From Propionibacteriaceae bacterium (lineage in GTDB: Bacteria > Actinomycetota > Actinomycetes > Propionibacteriales > Propionibacteriaceae): a stretch of 31,111 bases of DNA. Shown here piece by piece: positions 8,409 through 17,275 of this stretch (within the stretch, counting starts at the first letter, position 1; each line of letters begins with the position of its first letter). The DNA lies in assembly GCA_009781325.1 (NCBI GenBank), contig WQYJ01000001.1, positions 1 to 31,111 on the forward strand. Reading direction: 5' to 3'. A program made the translations under genes and the position numbers. Below the pieces are notes generated by a model. That model worked only from the letters and a program-made list of their open reading frames with translations. It searched no databases and had not been told where the DNA came from.

Positions 8409-8514
8409 GATTGTCCTTTCCGACCGACACCCACATGCCAGTCAAGGTAATCAGTCTGCATCAGGTCATCTATTTTCCGCAAGACATCCCTGGTGAGGAT
8501 TGTAGACTCTTGGT

Positions 8515-9528
8515 ATGCGAATTCTTTTGACTGGCGGTGCTGGTTATGTCGGAACTCACACAGCTCTTGGACTGGATGCTGCCGGTCATGATGTGATCAT
8601 CCTCGACGATCTGTCTAATTCATGCGCAGCCGCAGTATCTCGCGTGGAGTCGATTATCGGTAAGCCAGTCAGTTTCTATCACGGTGACTGCCGCGACACC
8701 GATTTGGTCCGCAGTGTCTTCGTACACGAGAACCCGGATGCTGTGATTCACCTTGCTGGTCTGAAGGCTGTCGGCGAATCGGTAGCTCAACCTCTGCGCT
8801 ATTACGACGTCAACATCAACGCAACCTTGTCTCTTCTTACCGTCATGGGTGAGGCCGACGTACACAAGTTGATCTTCAGTTCCTCAGCAACTGTCTACGG
8901 TGAACCGGAGGCTTTGCCGCTCACTGAGGAGAATCGGGTAGGTGTGGGGATCTCCAATCCCTATGGCTGGACCAAGTTCATGATTGAACGGATTCTGATG
9001 GACCTGGCAGACACCGATCCCGCCTGGCAGATCTGTCTTCTGCGCTACTTCAATCCTGTGGGAGCCCATGAGTCAGGCCTCATCGGTGAGGACCCCCAAG
9101 GCATCCCCAATAATCTCATGCCTTTTGTGGCTCAGGCTGCTGCTGGGCGGCGAGCCAAGGTTCTCGTCTTCGGTAATGACTACGACACAGTCGATGGTAC
9201 GGGAGAACGTGACTACATCCATGTGATGGATCTTGGGCGCGGCCACGTCCAAGCTGTGGATCACCTCACCCCGGGAGTCTCGGTTTACAATCTCGGCACA
9301 GGCCAGCCAACATCCGTGCTGGAGGTTATCAGGGCTTTCGAGCAGGTATGTGGCACAACGATTCCATTCGAGATCACTAGTCGCCGACCCGGTGATGTCG
9401 CAGTCTCCTACTGTTCTCCAGCCAAGGCTGAACAGGAACTCGGGTGGATAGCGGAACGAACCATCCTCGACGCATGCAAAGATTCATGGAAGTGGCAGTC
9501 GATGAACCCCGATGGTTATCCGCGCTGA
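8515..9528 (+). CDS. galE: UDP-glucose 4-epimerase
   Basis: TGGAGYVG, HLAGLKAVGES, SSSATVYG, YGWTK, LRYFNPVGAH, RDYIHVMDL, RRPGD. Confidence 0.97.
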   Translation: MRILLTGGAGYVGTHTALGLDAAGHDVIILDDLSNSCAAAVSRVESIIGKPVSFYHGDCRDTDLVRSVFVHENPDAVIHLAGLKAVGESVAQPLRYYDVNINATLSLLTVMGEADVHKLIFSSSATVYGEPEALPLTEENRVGVGISNPYGWTKFMIERILMDLADTDPAWQICLLRYFNPVGAHESGLIGEDPQGIPNNLMPFVAQAAAGRRAKVLVFGNDYDTVDGTGERDYIHVMDLGRGHVQAVDHLTPGVSVYNLGTGQPTSVLEVIRAFEQVCGTTIPFEITSRRPGDVAVSYCSPAKAEQELGWIAERTILDACKDSWKWQSMNPDGYPR

Positions 9529-9529
9529 G

Positions 9530-11695
9530 CTAGTCGCAGTCTGATTCTCGTTGAATCGTCGGGGGGGCTCCCATATTCGGATCAGTTTTTGTCCCACCGT
9601 TTGTTGCCTCCTCGGTTGGGACCGGCGCCGGCGGACCATAGAGGGGCCCTGTCTCCAAAGTAGGAACATTCTCCTCTTGGGGAAGCGGCTGATCATTCCT
9701 GATAGCCTCCCAGATGGGTTCTGCCTTGTATTCCAGGACAACCACATGGGCCCGGTCTCCGGCATCACCGATGGGCACCATGATGTAGGTCACTTGGCGC
9801 ATATCAAGGTTTTTCAGTGAGTACGCAAAACCAGCAATCTCAGATAAGCTCCCCAGATCAGTCGTTACCGACTCGATGGCTGCACCCACCAAGTTGTAAA
9901 GCTTGCGGAAGTCTGTCACGTAATTCATCTGATAAATCTTCATCAGAATCGCATCGAAAAGCCTTTGCTGCCGGTAGATGCGATGGAGATCCGATCCATC
10001 TCCGAGCCCAGGACCCTTTCTGGCTCTGGCGACATTAATCGCCTGTTTCCCATCAAGATGGACCACACCAGCGGGAAGGTTCAGCCCACCAGCAGCCCAC
10101 GAACTCATCGGACACAGCAGTGTCACATCAACACCATCAATGGCATCAACCACACCAACAAAGCCCGAGAAATCTACAACAACAAACCTGTCGATTCGCA
10201 CCCCAGACATTTCTTCGACAGCTCGGATGGCGCACGCTGCTCCCATTTCGATGCTGCCGCCAGAATAGACTCCATAGGCAAAGGCTGCATTGAAGCCCAT
10301 ATGACTCCAACCCGCTTCGGGAATCACGTCCCCATCTTCATCGACACAGTCCGGTATGGTGATCCAAATATCGCGCGGAATCGAAATAACATCGACCCTA
10401 TCCCTATCGGCGGAGACATGGGCGATGAAGGTCGTATCTGAACGCGCTCCGCCTACACCGTCACCAACGTAGTCATCGTTCTCGCCTTCTCTGGAGTCTG
10501 TGCCCATCACGAGGATGTTCATCGGACGTCCGGCGTAAGGATCGCCTGGATACTTCACTGTTGCGCTTGCTGTCGGCGCATCAGGGCGATCCGTTCCCAA
10601 GGCATCGTCGATGTTTGAGGTGTTCAGGCGAGAACTCAAATCGACCCAGGCATAGGCCAAACCACCACCGGCTATGACAAAGACAGCCAAGACTGAGATC
10701 ATCGCAGCCTTGATTCCTCGGTTCTTCTTTTTCCCTGGTTCCCGCTTGCCTGTGGATCTGGTGTTGCGCTGCGGCGGCTCGGAATCATCATTGGAATCTG
10801 CGAATGGGTCATCATCGTAATAAGGATCTTCATCCGAGGAGACATAGAGGTCTTCGAATCCGTTGGAAATGATCGGCGCCCCAGTGTCGTACCTGTTCTC
10901 GTCGTACCTATTCTCGCGATAGTCCTGATAGTCATCCACATCCTCGTGGAAGGAATGGGTCGCACGAGGTTCTTGCGGGAAAGATTGTGGCGTGGAGGCA
11001 GGGTTGTCGTGGTTTCTGATGATGGAACGGGAGGTCCACACCGGTGGTTCTGCTGGTGTTTCGGGCCAGAGTTCCCCTGAATGATCGATGCCGAGGTCAT
11101 CAGTAAACAGCCGATCCCAGGAACTCATGTCGAGCGGCGGAGGCAATGGCGGAAAATGGGATTCCCTCGCTGGGGGCTGCGGCGCTGCCCTATCTGAATA
11201 AGAATCCTCTCGAAAACGATGAGTTGGCGGTGGTGTGACCGGTGCAGGCGGCGGGGTCATGGGCCGCGGCGGAGCCACGGGCGGCACAGATGCAGTCGGA
11301 CGAGGCTCAGTGACAGGCGTACTGGGTGTAAACGGCGGAAGAGAGCCATAGTGCGGCATCGGATCCGGGCGAGCAGGCGGGGTCACTGGAGGTATCGAAA
11401 TCGGCGGCGGGGTTGGCACTGTTGATGAGAACATTCTCGGAGGAGCCGGAGGGACCGCCGGAGCAGGAGGTGGGGAGTAGTCATAGGACGGGGTCGAACG
11501 AACCGGAGGAGCCGGTGGGGTTGAACGGGGCGGCGGAGCCTGCTCTTCAACGTCGAAGTCGTCTCGAAAAAGACTATGGTAAAAGGCTTTTCGATCATCC
11601 TGGGCGGGACTGCTGTCACTGGAATTCCCCGTGAATTCTGAGTCTCCATCAGACCCGAAATAGGACGCCCAAGAAGGGAGACGGTCATCTGGCAT
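9530..11695 (-). CDS. LCP (LytR-CpsA-Psr) family protein with a long Pro-rich cytoplasmic N-terminus
   Basis: Basic stretch and TM helix, then NILVMGTDSR, ARSDT, SIPRD, ARARK, SDLHRIYRQQ. TAAAAT lies 7 nt before the ATG. Confidence 0.92.
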   Translation of the reverse strand: MPDDRLPSWASYFGSDGDSEFTGNSSDSSPAQDDRKAFYHSLFRDDFDVEEQAPPPRSTPPAPPVRSTPSYDYSPPPAPAVPPAPPRMFSSTVPTPPPISIPPVTPPARPDPMPHYGSLPPFTPSTPVTEPRPTASVPPVAPPRPMTPPPAPVTPPPTHRFREDSYSDRAAPQPPARESHFPPLPPPLDMSSWDRLFTDDLGIDHSGELWPETPAEPPVWTSRSIIRNHDNPASTPQSFPQEPRATHSFHEDVDDYQDYRENRYDENRYDTGAPIISNGFEDLYVSSDEDPYYDDDPFADSNDDSEPPQRNTRSTGKREPGKKKNRGIKAAMISVLAVFVIAGGGLAYAWVDLSSRLNTSNIDDALGTDRPDAPTASATVKYPGDPYAGRPMNILVMGTDSREGENDDYVGDGVGGARSDTTFIAHVSADRDRVDVISIPRDIWITIPDCVDEDGDVIPEAGWSHMGFNAAFAYGVYSGGSIEMGAACAIRAVEEMSGVRIDRFVVVDFSGFVGVVDAIDGVDVTLLCPMSSWAAGGLNLPAGVVHLDGKQAINVARARKGPGLGDGSDLHRIYRQQRLFDAILMKIYQMNYVTDFRKLYNLVGAAIESVTTDLGSLSEIAGFAYSLKNLDMRQVTYIMVPIGDAGDRAHVVVLEYKAEPIWEAIRNDQPLPQEENVPTLETGPLYGPPAPVPTEEATNGGTKTDPNMGAPPTIQRESDCD

Positions 11696-11750
11696 AGATT
11701 TAATTTTACCGTGTCCTAGGGCTTAGACCAAGAATTGGTGAAACGCCCCA

Positions 11751-12029
11751 TTACTGCCGCAGTCTCGACGGGGAGCGAGAGTACCTCTGTTCGCGTCTCT
11801 GAGCCCGCATTCTCCGAAGTCTCTTGACTAAAAGCGGATCTGCGGCAAGAGCCTCTTGACGATCAATGAGCGCATTCAGAATCTGATAGTACGAAGGCCC
11901 TGATAATTCAAAACTTTCCCTGATAGCCTGTTCTTTTGCCATGGGCAGCTTCCACCACTGACGCTCGAATTCGAGAATCCTCAATTCAATGTCTGTCAGG
12001 TGCGGTAGCCCGGATCCCTCTTGGCTCAT
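11751..12029 (-). CDS. DUF3263 family protein
   Basis: LTDIELRILEFERQWWK, KEQAIRESFELS, YYQILNALID, DPLLVKRLRRMR. Start set at the ATG at 12029 (TACGCT 6 nt upstream). Confidence 0.9.
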   Translation of the reverse strand: MSQEGSGLPHLTDIELRILEFERQWWKLPMAKEQAIRESFELSGPSYYQILNALIDRQEALAADPLLVKRLRRMRAQRREQRYSRSPSRLRQ

Positions 12030-12177
12030 GAGGCCAGCGTAGCAAGAGCACAATCCTCGCAGCCGATCATTTGTCGGCGTGGCAGACTCTCGCATCAATC
12101 CCGGTGGGTCGGATAGACTCTTGCTAGAGTGAGATTCATCAATGCGAGGTCAAGTAGACCAATGATAGAAGGACGAC

Positions 12178-13347
12178 ATGGAGCTACTCAAAGGAACCAT
12201 ACGCGATTATGCGTGGGGCTCTCTCACAGCTATCCCCGAGCTTTTGGGAAGCGATCCAACCGGAGAACCACAAGCAGAGTATTGGCTGGGAGCCCACCAT
12301 CTCGCACCTGCCACCATTGATGGAGTGGGTCTTGACAAGGTTCTTCATGATCATCCTGAGTGGGTAGGTGATCGTACGCACCGCGCTTTCGGAGACAGCT
12401 ATCCCGTACTGATGAAGATTCTTGCAGCCGAGCATCCGCTGTCCCTGCAGGCTCATCCGAATAGAGAGCAGGCGCAGGAGGGTTTCGCCCAGGAGTCCAA
12501 GGCGAAGATCCCCATTGACGCTCCCCAGCGCATCTACCGCGATGATTGGCCGAAGCCGGAACTGCTGGTTGCTCTCACCGATTTTGATGGTCTGTGCGGG
12601 TTTCGGGAACCCAAGCAAACTGTCGATCTGTTTACCCGTCTCGGTGTCAGCGAGTCCTTTGGAACGGTCATTGGCCCGCTCAGCAAGAGGCGCGGTTCCG
12701 CAGCCCTTGCGGAGGTCTTCCTAGACATCCTCAGCCAGGACCAGCCCACCTATGTCAACGATGTCCTCCATTTGGCACCGCGTTTTGCCGAAGAAGATAC
12801 TGACCTGGGCTTGTTCGCTCGTACGGCTCTGGAGCTGAACCGCTATTTCCCCCACGACCCATCGATTCTGGCAGCTCTGCTGCTGAACCGCATCCACCTG
12901 ACTCCTGGCCAGGGGCTCTACCTTCCCACCCGTACGCTGCACTCCTATCTCGGTGGTGTCGGCATTGAAGTGATGGCGTGTTCAGACAACGTACTTCGCG
13001 GCGGTCTGACATCCAAGCACATCAACGTTGACGAGTTGATCAAGGTTGTGGACTTCGTACCCTGTGAGATTTCACCGGTGGAGACTCAAGATGACGGCGG
13101 ATTTGTCCGCTATGTCACCCCGACTCCTGAATTCGCAGTGTGGCGCGGTGATCTATCGAGTGCTCCCCTGGCTGTCCCCCATGCGGATTCCTGCCGAATC
13201 GCACTTGTGGTCGATGGTGAGGCGCAGTTGCGTCACGATGATAATTCCATCGAGTTGAACGCCGGTGAAGCCGTGCTGATCCCCTTCGGCGAGGACGTCA
13301 CTGCCTCTGGTTCAGCAACCATCTTCATCTCTGCCCCCGGAGTCTAA
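12178..13347 (+). CDS. manA: Mannose-6-phosphate isomerase, class I
   Basis: YAWGS, AEYWLGAH, KILAAEHPLSLQAHP, KPEL, LHSYLGGVGIEVMACSDNVLRGGLTSK. Confidence 0.96.
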   Translation: MELLKGTIRDYAWGSLTAIPELLGSDPTGEPQAEYWLGAHHLAPATIDGVGLDKVLHDHPEWVGDRTHRAFGDSYPVLMKILAAEHPLSLQAHPNREQAQEGFAQESKAKIPIDAPQRIYRDDWPKPELLVALTDFDGLCGFREPKQTVDLFTRLGVSESFGTVIGPLSKRRGSAALAEVFLDILSQDQPTYVNDVLHLAPRFAEEDTDLGLFARTALELNRYFPHDPSILAALLLNRIHLTPGQGLYLPTRTLHSYLGGVGIEVMACSDNVLRGGLTSKHINVDELIKVVDFVPCEISPVETQDDGGFVRYVTPTPEFAVWRGDLSSAPLAVPHADSCRIALVVDGEAQLRHDDNSIELNAGEAVLIPFGEDVTASGSATIFISAPGV

Positions 13348-13361
13348 GATCGAGTTTCGGG

Positions 13362-14468
13362 TTAGCCCGAATCCACCGACTTCTTCATGAAGGCAACTCC
13401 TCCATCGCTGGAGAATCCCATAGCGACATTGATGGCCAACATGGGGCTGTTTTGCTCGGCGTTGTAGGTAAAGACCCGTTCGGTATCGGGACGAAGTCTT
13501 ATCATCGCTGCAAGATTGGTCAACTTCATCCACATCCCTAGCCGGTGGCCTCGGTGGGCTCGCAGGACAATTGTCGTCCATTGCTCAACCGCTCGACAGG
13601 TAGCCTCGTTAGGCCACCTCAACTCTGTACAACCCACCAACTCCCCTGTGGCACAATCTTCAGCGACCGTGATCAGGTAAGAATTGTCCTTATCCTTGAG
13701 ATCCTGCAACTGGCGTCTCACGATGTCAGGGGTGATCTTTTCTTCCTCCCAGTCGATAGTTCCCATGGGTGCATCAAGGCTGAAGACGGCCATCAGATGG
13801 CAGAAGGACTCTAACCATTCTTCCGGAATATCACCGCTCCAGGTGTGGAGACGGTATCCCTGGGTTGATGGCAGCGCTGCGTCCATCAGTTGGCTACTCA
13901 GGTCGGGGTCCATGGGGACCGCCAGTACGGATCTGCGCTCAACCAGAGCGATGTCGTACCCTCGATGAATGAGGAACTGTATTCGTGGCGGCGTGCATGG
14001 GACGAGTGTCCCGTCTGGGGCTTGAAGGTACGGCGGTCCTTCGTCGGAAGCGGTATATAGTACCCATGCCATCACTAGGTTGCGGCCAGATTGGGCGACG
14101 AGATCCTCGCACCACGAGGACAGTAGCGTACCAACGCCCTGCTGGCGCTGATCGGGGGGAACACACACCCATATCTCGGCCTTGTCCTGATTGTCGAGAA
14201 TCTGCAATGCGACCTTTGCCCACCCCACGACTGCCTGTTCATTGTCATCGGGCCCGCGGAGTGCAAGGACCCAGTGCTTGATGGTCTTTGTCTCGTTGGC
14301 GCGGCTGACCATCAGTTCATGGGCGGTTTCAACTTCGTCGGTGTGCTCCATAAGTTCTTTGTACGAGATTGACTCAATCATCTCGATTGCATGGTATTTC
14401 CATCCGTGCTCAGGGTCATCCAGGGATGAAATGACGGGAACATCAACGAGGCGAATATCAGAATTCAT
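13362..14468 (-). CDS. Tandem-domain GNAT N-acetyltransferase
   Basis: Two acetyl-CoA-binding motifs (VPPDQRQQGVG and VLRAHRGHRLG) and TYNAEQNSPMLAINVAMGF. Confidence 0.85.
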   Translation of the reverse strand: MNSDIRLVDVPVISSLDDPEHGWKYHAIEMIESISYKELMEHTDEVETAHELMVSRANETKTIKHWVLALRGPDDNEQAVVGWAKVALQILDNQDKAEIWVCVPPDQRQQGVGTLLSSWCEDLVAQSGRNLVMAWVLYTASDEGPPYLQAPDGTLVPCTPPRIQFLIHRGYDIALVERRSVLAVPMDPDLSSQLMDAALPSTQGYRLHTWSGDIPEEWLESFCHLMAVFSLDAPMGTIDWEEEKITPDIVRRQLQDLKDKDNSYLITVAEDCATGELVGCTELRWPNEATCRAVEQWTTIVLRAHRGHRLGMWMKLTNLAAMIRLRPDTERVFTYNAEQNSPMLAINVAMGFSSDGGVAFMKKSVDSG

Positions 14469-14577
14469 GTCTTCTCCACATCGCCGATACCAATGACCGG
14501 CGGACTAAGAAATTCAGAAAGTTTGATGCCGTATACCCACCGCATGGGGTACAGGAGAAGAAGAGGTTAGTGAGTAA

Positions 14578-14748
14578 TCAGCGAGTTTCTCGATGCGGCT
14601 GATGCTTGCGGCAACGCGGGCAGAACTTGGAGATCTCAAGGCGGTCCGGATCGTTACGGCGGTTCTTCTTCGTGATGTAGTTGCGCTCTTTGCACTCTGT
14701 GCATGCCAGAGTGATCTTTGGTCGAATGTCGCCCTGTTTCTTCGCCAT
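14578..14748 (-). CDS. rpmG: 50S ribosomal protein L33 (Zn-binding C+ type)
   Basis: Hand translation gives [56 protein letters not shown] (56 aa), with an AGGAGG RBS. Absent from the ORF track because it is under 60 aa. Confidence 0.97.
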   Translation of the reverse strand: MAKKQGDIRPKITLACTECKERNYITKKNRRNDPDRLEISKFCPRCRKHQPHRETR

Positions 14749-14777
14749 TTCGTCCTCCTATCCTTAATGCTCATCGG

Positions 14778-14851
14778 TAGCGGGAGCGGGAATTGAACCC
14801 GCGACCTAGCGATTATGAGCCGCTCGCTCTGACCGACTGAGCTATCCCGCC
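14778..14851 (-). tRNA. tRNA-Met (CAT), probably elongator
   Basis: GGCGGGATAGCTCAGTCGGTCAGAGC, anticodon arm AGCGG-CT-CAT-AA-TCGCT, GGGTTCAATTCCC. CCA is not encoded. Confidence 0.93.
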
Positions 14852-14884
14852 ATTGTCTAACCATGATGCCATGGTCAGACAACG

Positions 14885-14957
14885 AGCCCCCATGCAGAAT
14901 CGAACTGCAGACCTTCTCCTTACCATGGAGACGCTCTACCGACTGAGCTATAGGGGC
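14885..14957 (-). tRNA. tRNA-Thr (GGT)
   Basis: GCCCCTATAGCTCAGTCGGTAGAGC, anticodon arm TCTCC-AT-GGT-AA-GGAGA, GCAGTTCGATTCTGC. CCA is not encoded. Confidence 0.95.
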
Positions 14958-14967
14958 AAGCGCATTA

Positions 14968-14997
14968 ACGATACAGGATCAAAGACCCTTCCTTCAA
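14968..14997 (-). promoter_or_regulatory. Putative promoter of the tRNA-Thr/tRNA-Met/rpmG unit
   Basis: TTGAAG (14997-14992), 18 nt, TATCGT (14973-14968), 10 nt upstream of the tRNA-Thr 5' end. Confidence 0.55.
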
Positions 14998-15028
14998 CTA
15001 CACCGCTAAAAACCCAATCCTAGGCATC

Positions 15029-15188
15029 CCCATCCACCCTTCTGCGGTGGGTTCTGCCCCGATCCTCTACCCTGCGGTGGGTTCTGCCCCGATCCTCTAC
15101 CTCGCGGTGGGTTCTGTCATGAAAACGCGACAAAACCCACCGCGAGGTAGAGGATGGGGACAAAACCCACCGCAGGGTTGAGGACGGG
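15029..15188. repeat. Repeat family A, locus 2: 3 reverse and 2 forward 30-bp units around a 10-nt centre
   Basis: Reverse units at 15029, 15059 and 15089, centre ATGAAAACGC (15119-15128), forward units at 15129 and 15159. Same core as 1-344. Confidence 0.95.
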
Positions 15189-15193
15189 AAATG

Positions 15194-15231
15194 GAAAGCC
15201 TCCTGAAACATTGGGGTTTCAGGAGGCTTTC
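15194..15231. terminator. Terminator-like hairpin downstream of tRNA-Tyr
   Basis: Perfect 16-bp inverted repeat GAAAGCCTCCTGAAAC-attggg-GTTTCAGGAGGCTTTC, starting 3 nt after the tRNA CCA end. Confidence 0.8.
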
Positions 15232-15234
15232 ACT

Positions 15235-15320
15235 TGGTGGCGGGTGAAGGATTCGAACCTCCGTAGGCATTCACCGACAGATTTACAGTCTGCTCCCATT
15301 GGCCGCTCGGGCAACCCGCC
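15235..15320 (-). tRNA. tRNA-Tyr (GTA)
   Basis: GGCGGGTTGCCCGAGCGGCCAATGGGAGCAGACTGTAAATCTGTC, long variable arm, GGTTCGAATCC, encoded CCA. Confidence 0.96.
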
Positions 15321-15335
15321 ATGGTTGCGGGGTTA

Positions 15336-15344
15336 ACCTTAGCA
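15336..15344 (-). promoter_or_regulatory. Putative extended -10 promoter of tRNA-Tyr
   Basis: TGcTAAGGT on the minus strand, 15 nt upstream of the tRNA 5' end. Confidence 0.5.
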
Positions 15345-15544
15345 TCTTCGGTTATGGGGTTCAAAAAACCTCTCATTTTGCCTCGATGCTTGTATCACAT
15401 CACAGACATAGATCTCACTATGTGGACTTCCGACTTGCACGAAGCACCTTTTGAGTGTGAAAGTTTCTTTGGGTCTCTTGTACCAGGGGGTAGGGGATCT
15501 GGCGGCATTGGAGCCGTTGAGTTGCACTGGGAGAAAGGATGACC

Positions 15545-16339
15545 ATGGCAGCTCCTGCATTAGTGATGCTTACCCACGGTAGTACTGATCCCAGTGTGGG
15601 CGAGGTCAGTCATCACCTGAGATATGGTCTGCAAACCATTCGCCCCACCCTTGAAGTGAATGCTGCGTTCATCGATCATTGCCCTCCCACAGGTCCGCAG
15701 GTGGTCAGCCATCTGGTCGGCCGCGGAATTACCGAGGTGGTCTTCGTTCCGCTCCAGTTGTCAGCCGTCACCGACCATGACGTTGCTGTGGACTCAGTGA
15801 TTGACAAAGTACGCGCCGCCCATCCTTCCATCAAGTTTGCCGTGGCTCGCCCACTGGGACCGGAAGCTTGCCTGCTGCGTCCGCTCGACGAACGACTGCG
15901 CTCTGCCTTAGGTACGGCCCACGCCACTGAGATTGACGGACTGATCCTTTCCGCCGAAGGTCCCTCCGATATCCGGGGTCTTGGCATGTTGGCCAGACGT
16001 GCACGCCAATGGGGAGCCCACCACCGCCTCCCCTGCCTGTTGGCCACCTCAGATGGGTCCTCCCCCAATGTCGCTTCTGCTATCGAATCTTTGAACTCCC
16101 AGGGAAGACGCCACATCGCAGTCGGCTCCTTCTGGCTTGCTCCCGATCAAGACTTCGAGGCCCAAGCTCGCCTCGCCCTGCGCTATGGGGCTATCGCTGT
16201 CAGCGCTCCCATCGGTGTTGACGACACCGTACTCGATCTTATTTTGGCGAGGTACGCCTTCGCCGCCATGGACCTGCTCACCGACGACGATCAACTCGGT
16301 GAGACCGTTGAAGAGGAAGTCTCAGCTCTCAGCGGGTAA
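15545..16339 (+). CDS. CbiX/SirB-like sirohydrochlorin chelatase family protein
   Basis: LVMLTHGS, AAFIDHCPP, VVFVPL, ARPLGP, two-domain layout. AAAGGA RBS fits the ATG at 15545 (15539 is an alternative). Confidence 0.75.
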   Translation: MAAPALVMLTHGSTDPSVGEVSHHLRYGLQTIRPTLEVNAAFIDHCPPTGPQVVSHLVGRGITEVVFVPLQLSAVTDHDVAVDSVIDKVRAAHPSIKFAVARPLGPEACLLRPLDERLRSALGTAHATEIDGLILSAEGPSDIRGLGMLARRARQWGAHHRLPCLLATSDGSSPNVASAIESLNSQGRRHIAVGSFWLAPDQDFEAQARLALRYGAIAVSAPIGVDDTVLDLILARYAFAAMDLLTDDDQLGETVEEEVSALSG

Positions 16340-17170
16340 CGAAGTCTTCACGGCCTCAATCTGCTCCGCAACATCGAAGCCCCCGACAGGCCATTGAGGA
16401 TCCATGTCCTGCAGAGTCTCCAACAACAAGGTTGCCACAGCCCAGTTCCTGTACCACTTGTGGTTAGACGGGATGACATACCACGGTGCAGTATCGGTAT
16501 TGCAGCGATTGAGCACATCCTGATATGCCTCCATGTACTTGTACCACTTACGCCGTACCTTCACATCACCGGGTGAATACTTCCAATGCTTAGATGGATT
16601 CTCAAGCCGGGCCAGAAGACGCTCTTGCTGGGTCGCGGGATCAATGTGGAGGAAACACTTGATGATAGTCGTACCCGAGGCAACGAGCCCTTCTTCCCAT
16701 TCATTGATCGCATCGAATCTGGGCTCCCACACTTGAGGTGGGACTATCTCATCAACACGAACGACCAGGACATCCTCGTACTGGGATCGGTCGAAGATTC
16801 CGATCATCCCGCGCCCGGGAAGTGCACGCTCAATCCTCCACAGGAAGTCATGGGCTAGTTCTTCTTCGGTGGGCTGTTTGAAGGCATGGATCTTGACACC
16901 TTGGGGGTCTACCAAGCCGAAAACATGGCGAATAATCCCACCCTTACCGGCAGTGTCAATGCCTTGGAGGATGACTAAGACGTTTCGGGTCGGGTTCTCT
17001 TTGTTTTCGGCATAGAGGCGCTCCTGCAAGGTATCAAGCTTCGGAGCCATTTTTTCAGTCAGGCGGGCAGCATCATCCTCCCCTTTTCCGGGAAACAGCG
17101 GTGTGGCCCTGGGATCACAATCACGGATGTCTACATTGGCTGGAGGCCTAAGCGCGGTACGCAGATTCAT
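16322..17170 (-). CDS. ppk2: Polyphosphate kinase 2 family protein (class III-like)
   Basis: QGIDTAGKGG Walker A, FKQPTEEELAHDFLWR, FDRSQYEDV, KWYRNW. GAAGGG RBS before the ATG at 17170. Confidence 0.9.
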   Translation of the reverse strand: MNLRTALRPPANVDIRDCDPRATPLFPGKGEDDAARLTEKMAPKLDTLQERLYAENKENPTRNVLVILQGIDTAGKGGIIRHVFGLVDPQGVKIHAFKQPTEEELAHDFLWRIERALPGRGMIGIFDRSQYEDVLVVRVDEIVPPQVWEPRFDAINEWEEGLVASGTTIIKCFLHIDPATQQERLLARLENPSKHWKYSPGDVKVRRKWYKYMEAYQDVLNRCNTDTAPWYVIPSNHKWYRNWAVATLLLETLQDMDPQWPVGGFDVAEQIEAVKTSLPAES

Positions 17171-17275
17171 GACAAGCCCTTCTCTTGTTATCAAGGATGT
17201 ACCCATTCTGCCCCAAAACACCCTTGACGGCGTGGTGTCAGCCCATATCTCGGGCAAGATAGCTAGCCTAGGGAT

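Noticed and set aside
14778-15320. tRNA cluster as an integration site for a genomic island
   Set aside because: No integrase, no duplicated tRNA 3' end and no obvious composition shift.
15390-15430. Possible CRP/GlxR site or small inverted repeat (ACATAG-N6-CTATGT) between tRNA-Tyr and cbiX
   Set aside because: No proper TGTGA-N6-TCACA match, and a 6-bp inverted repeat is expected by chance.
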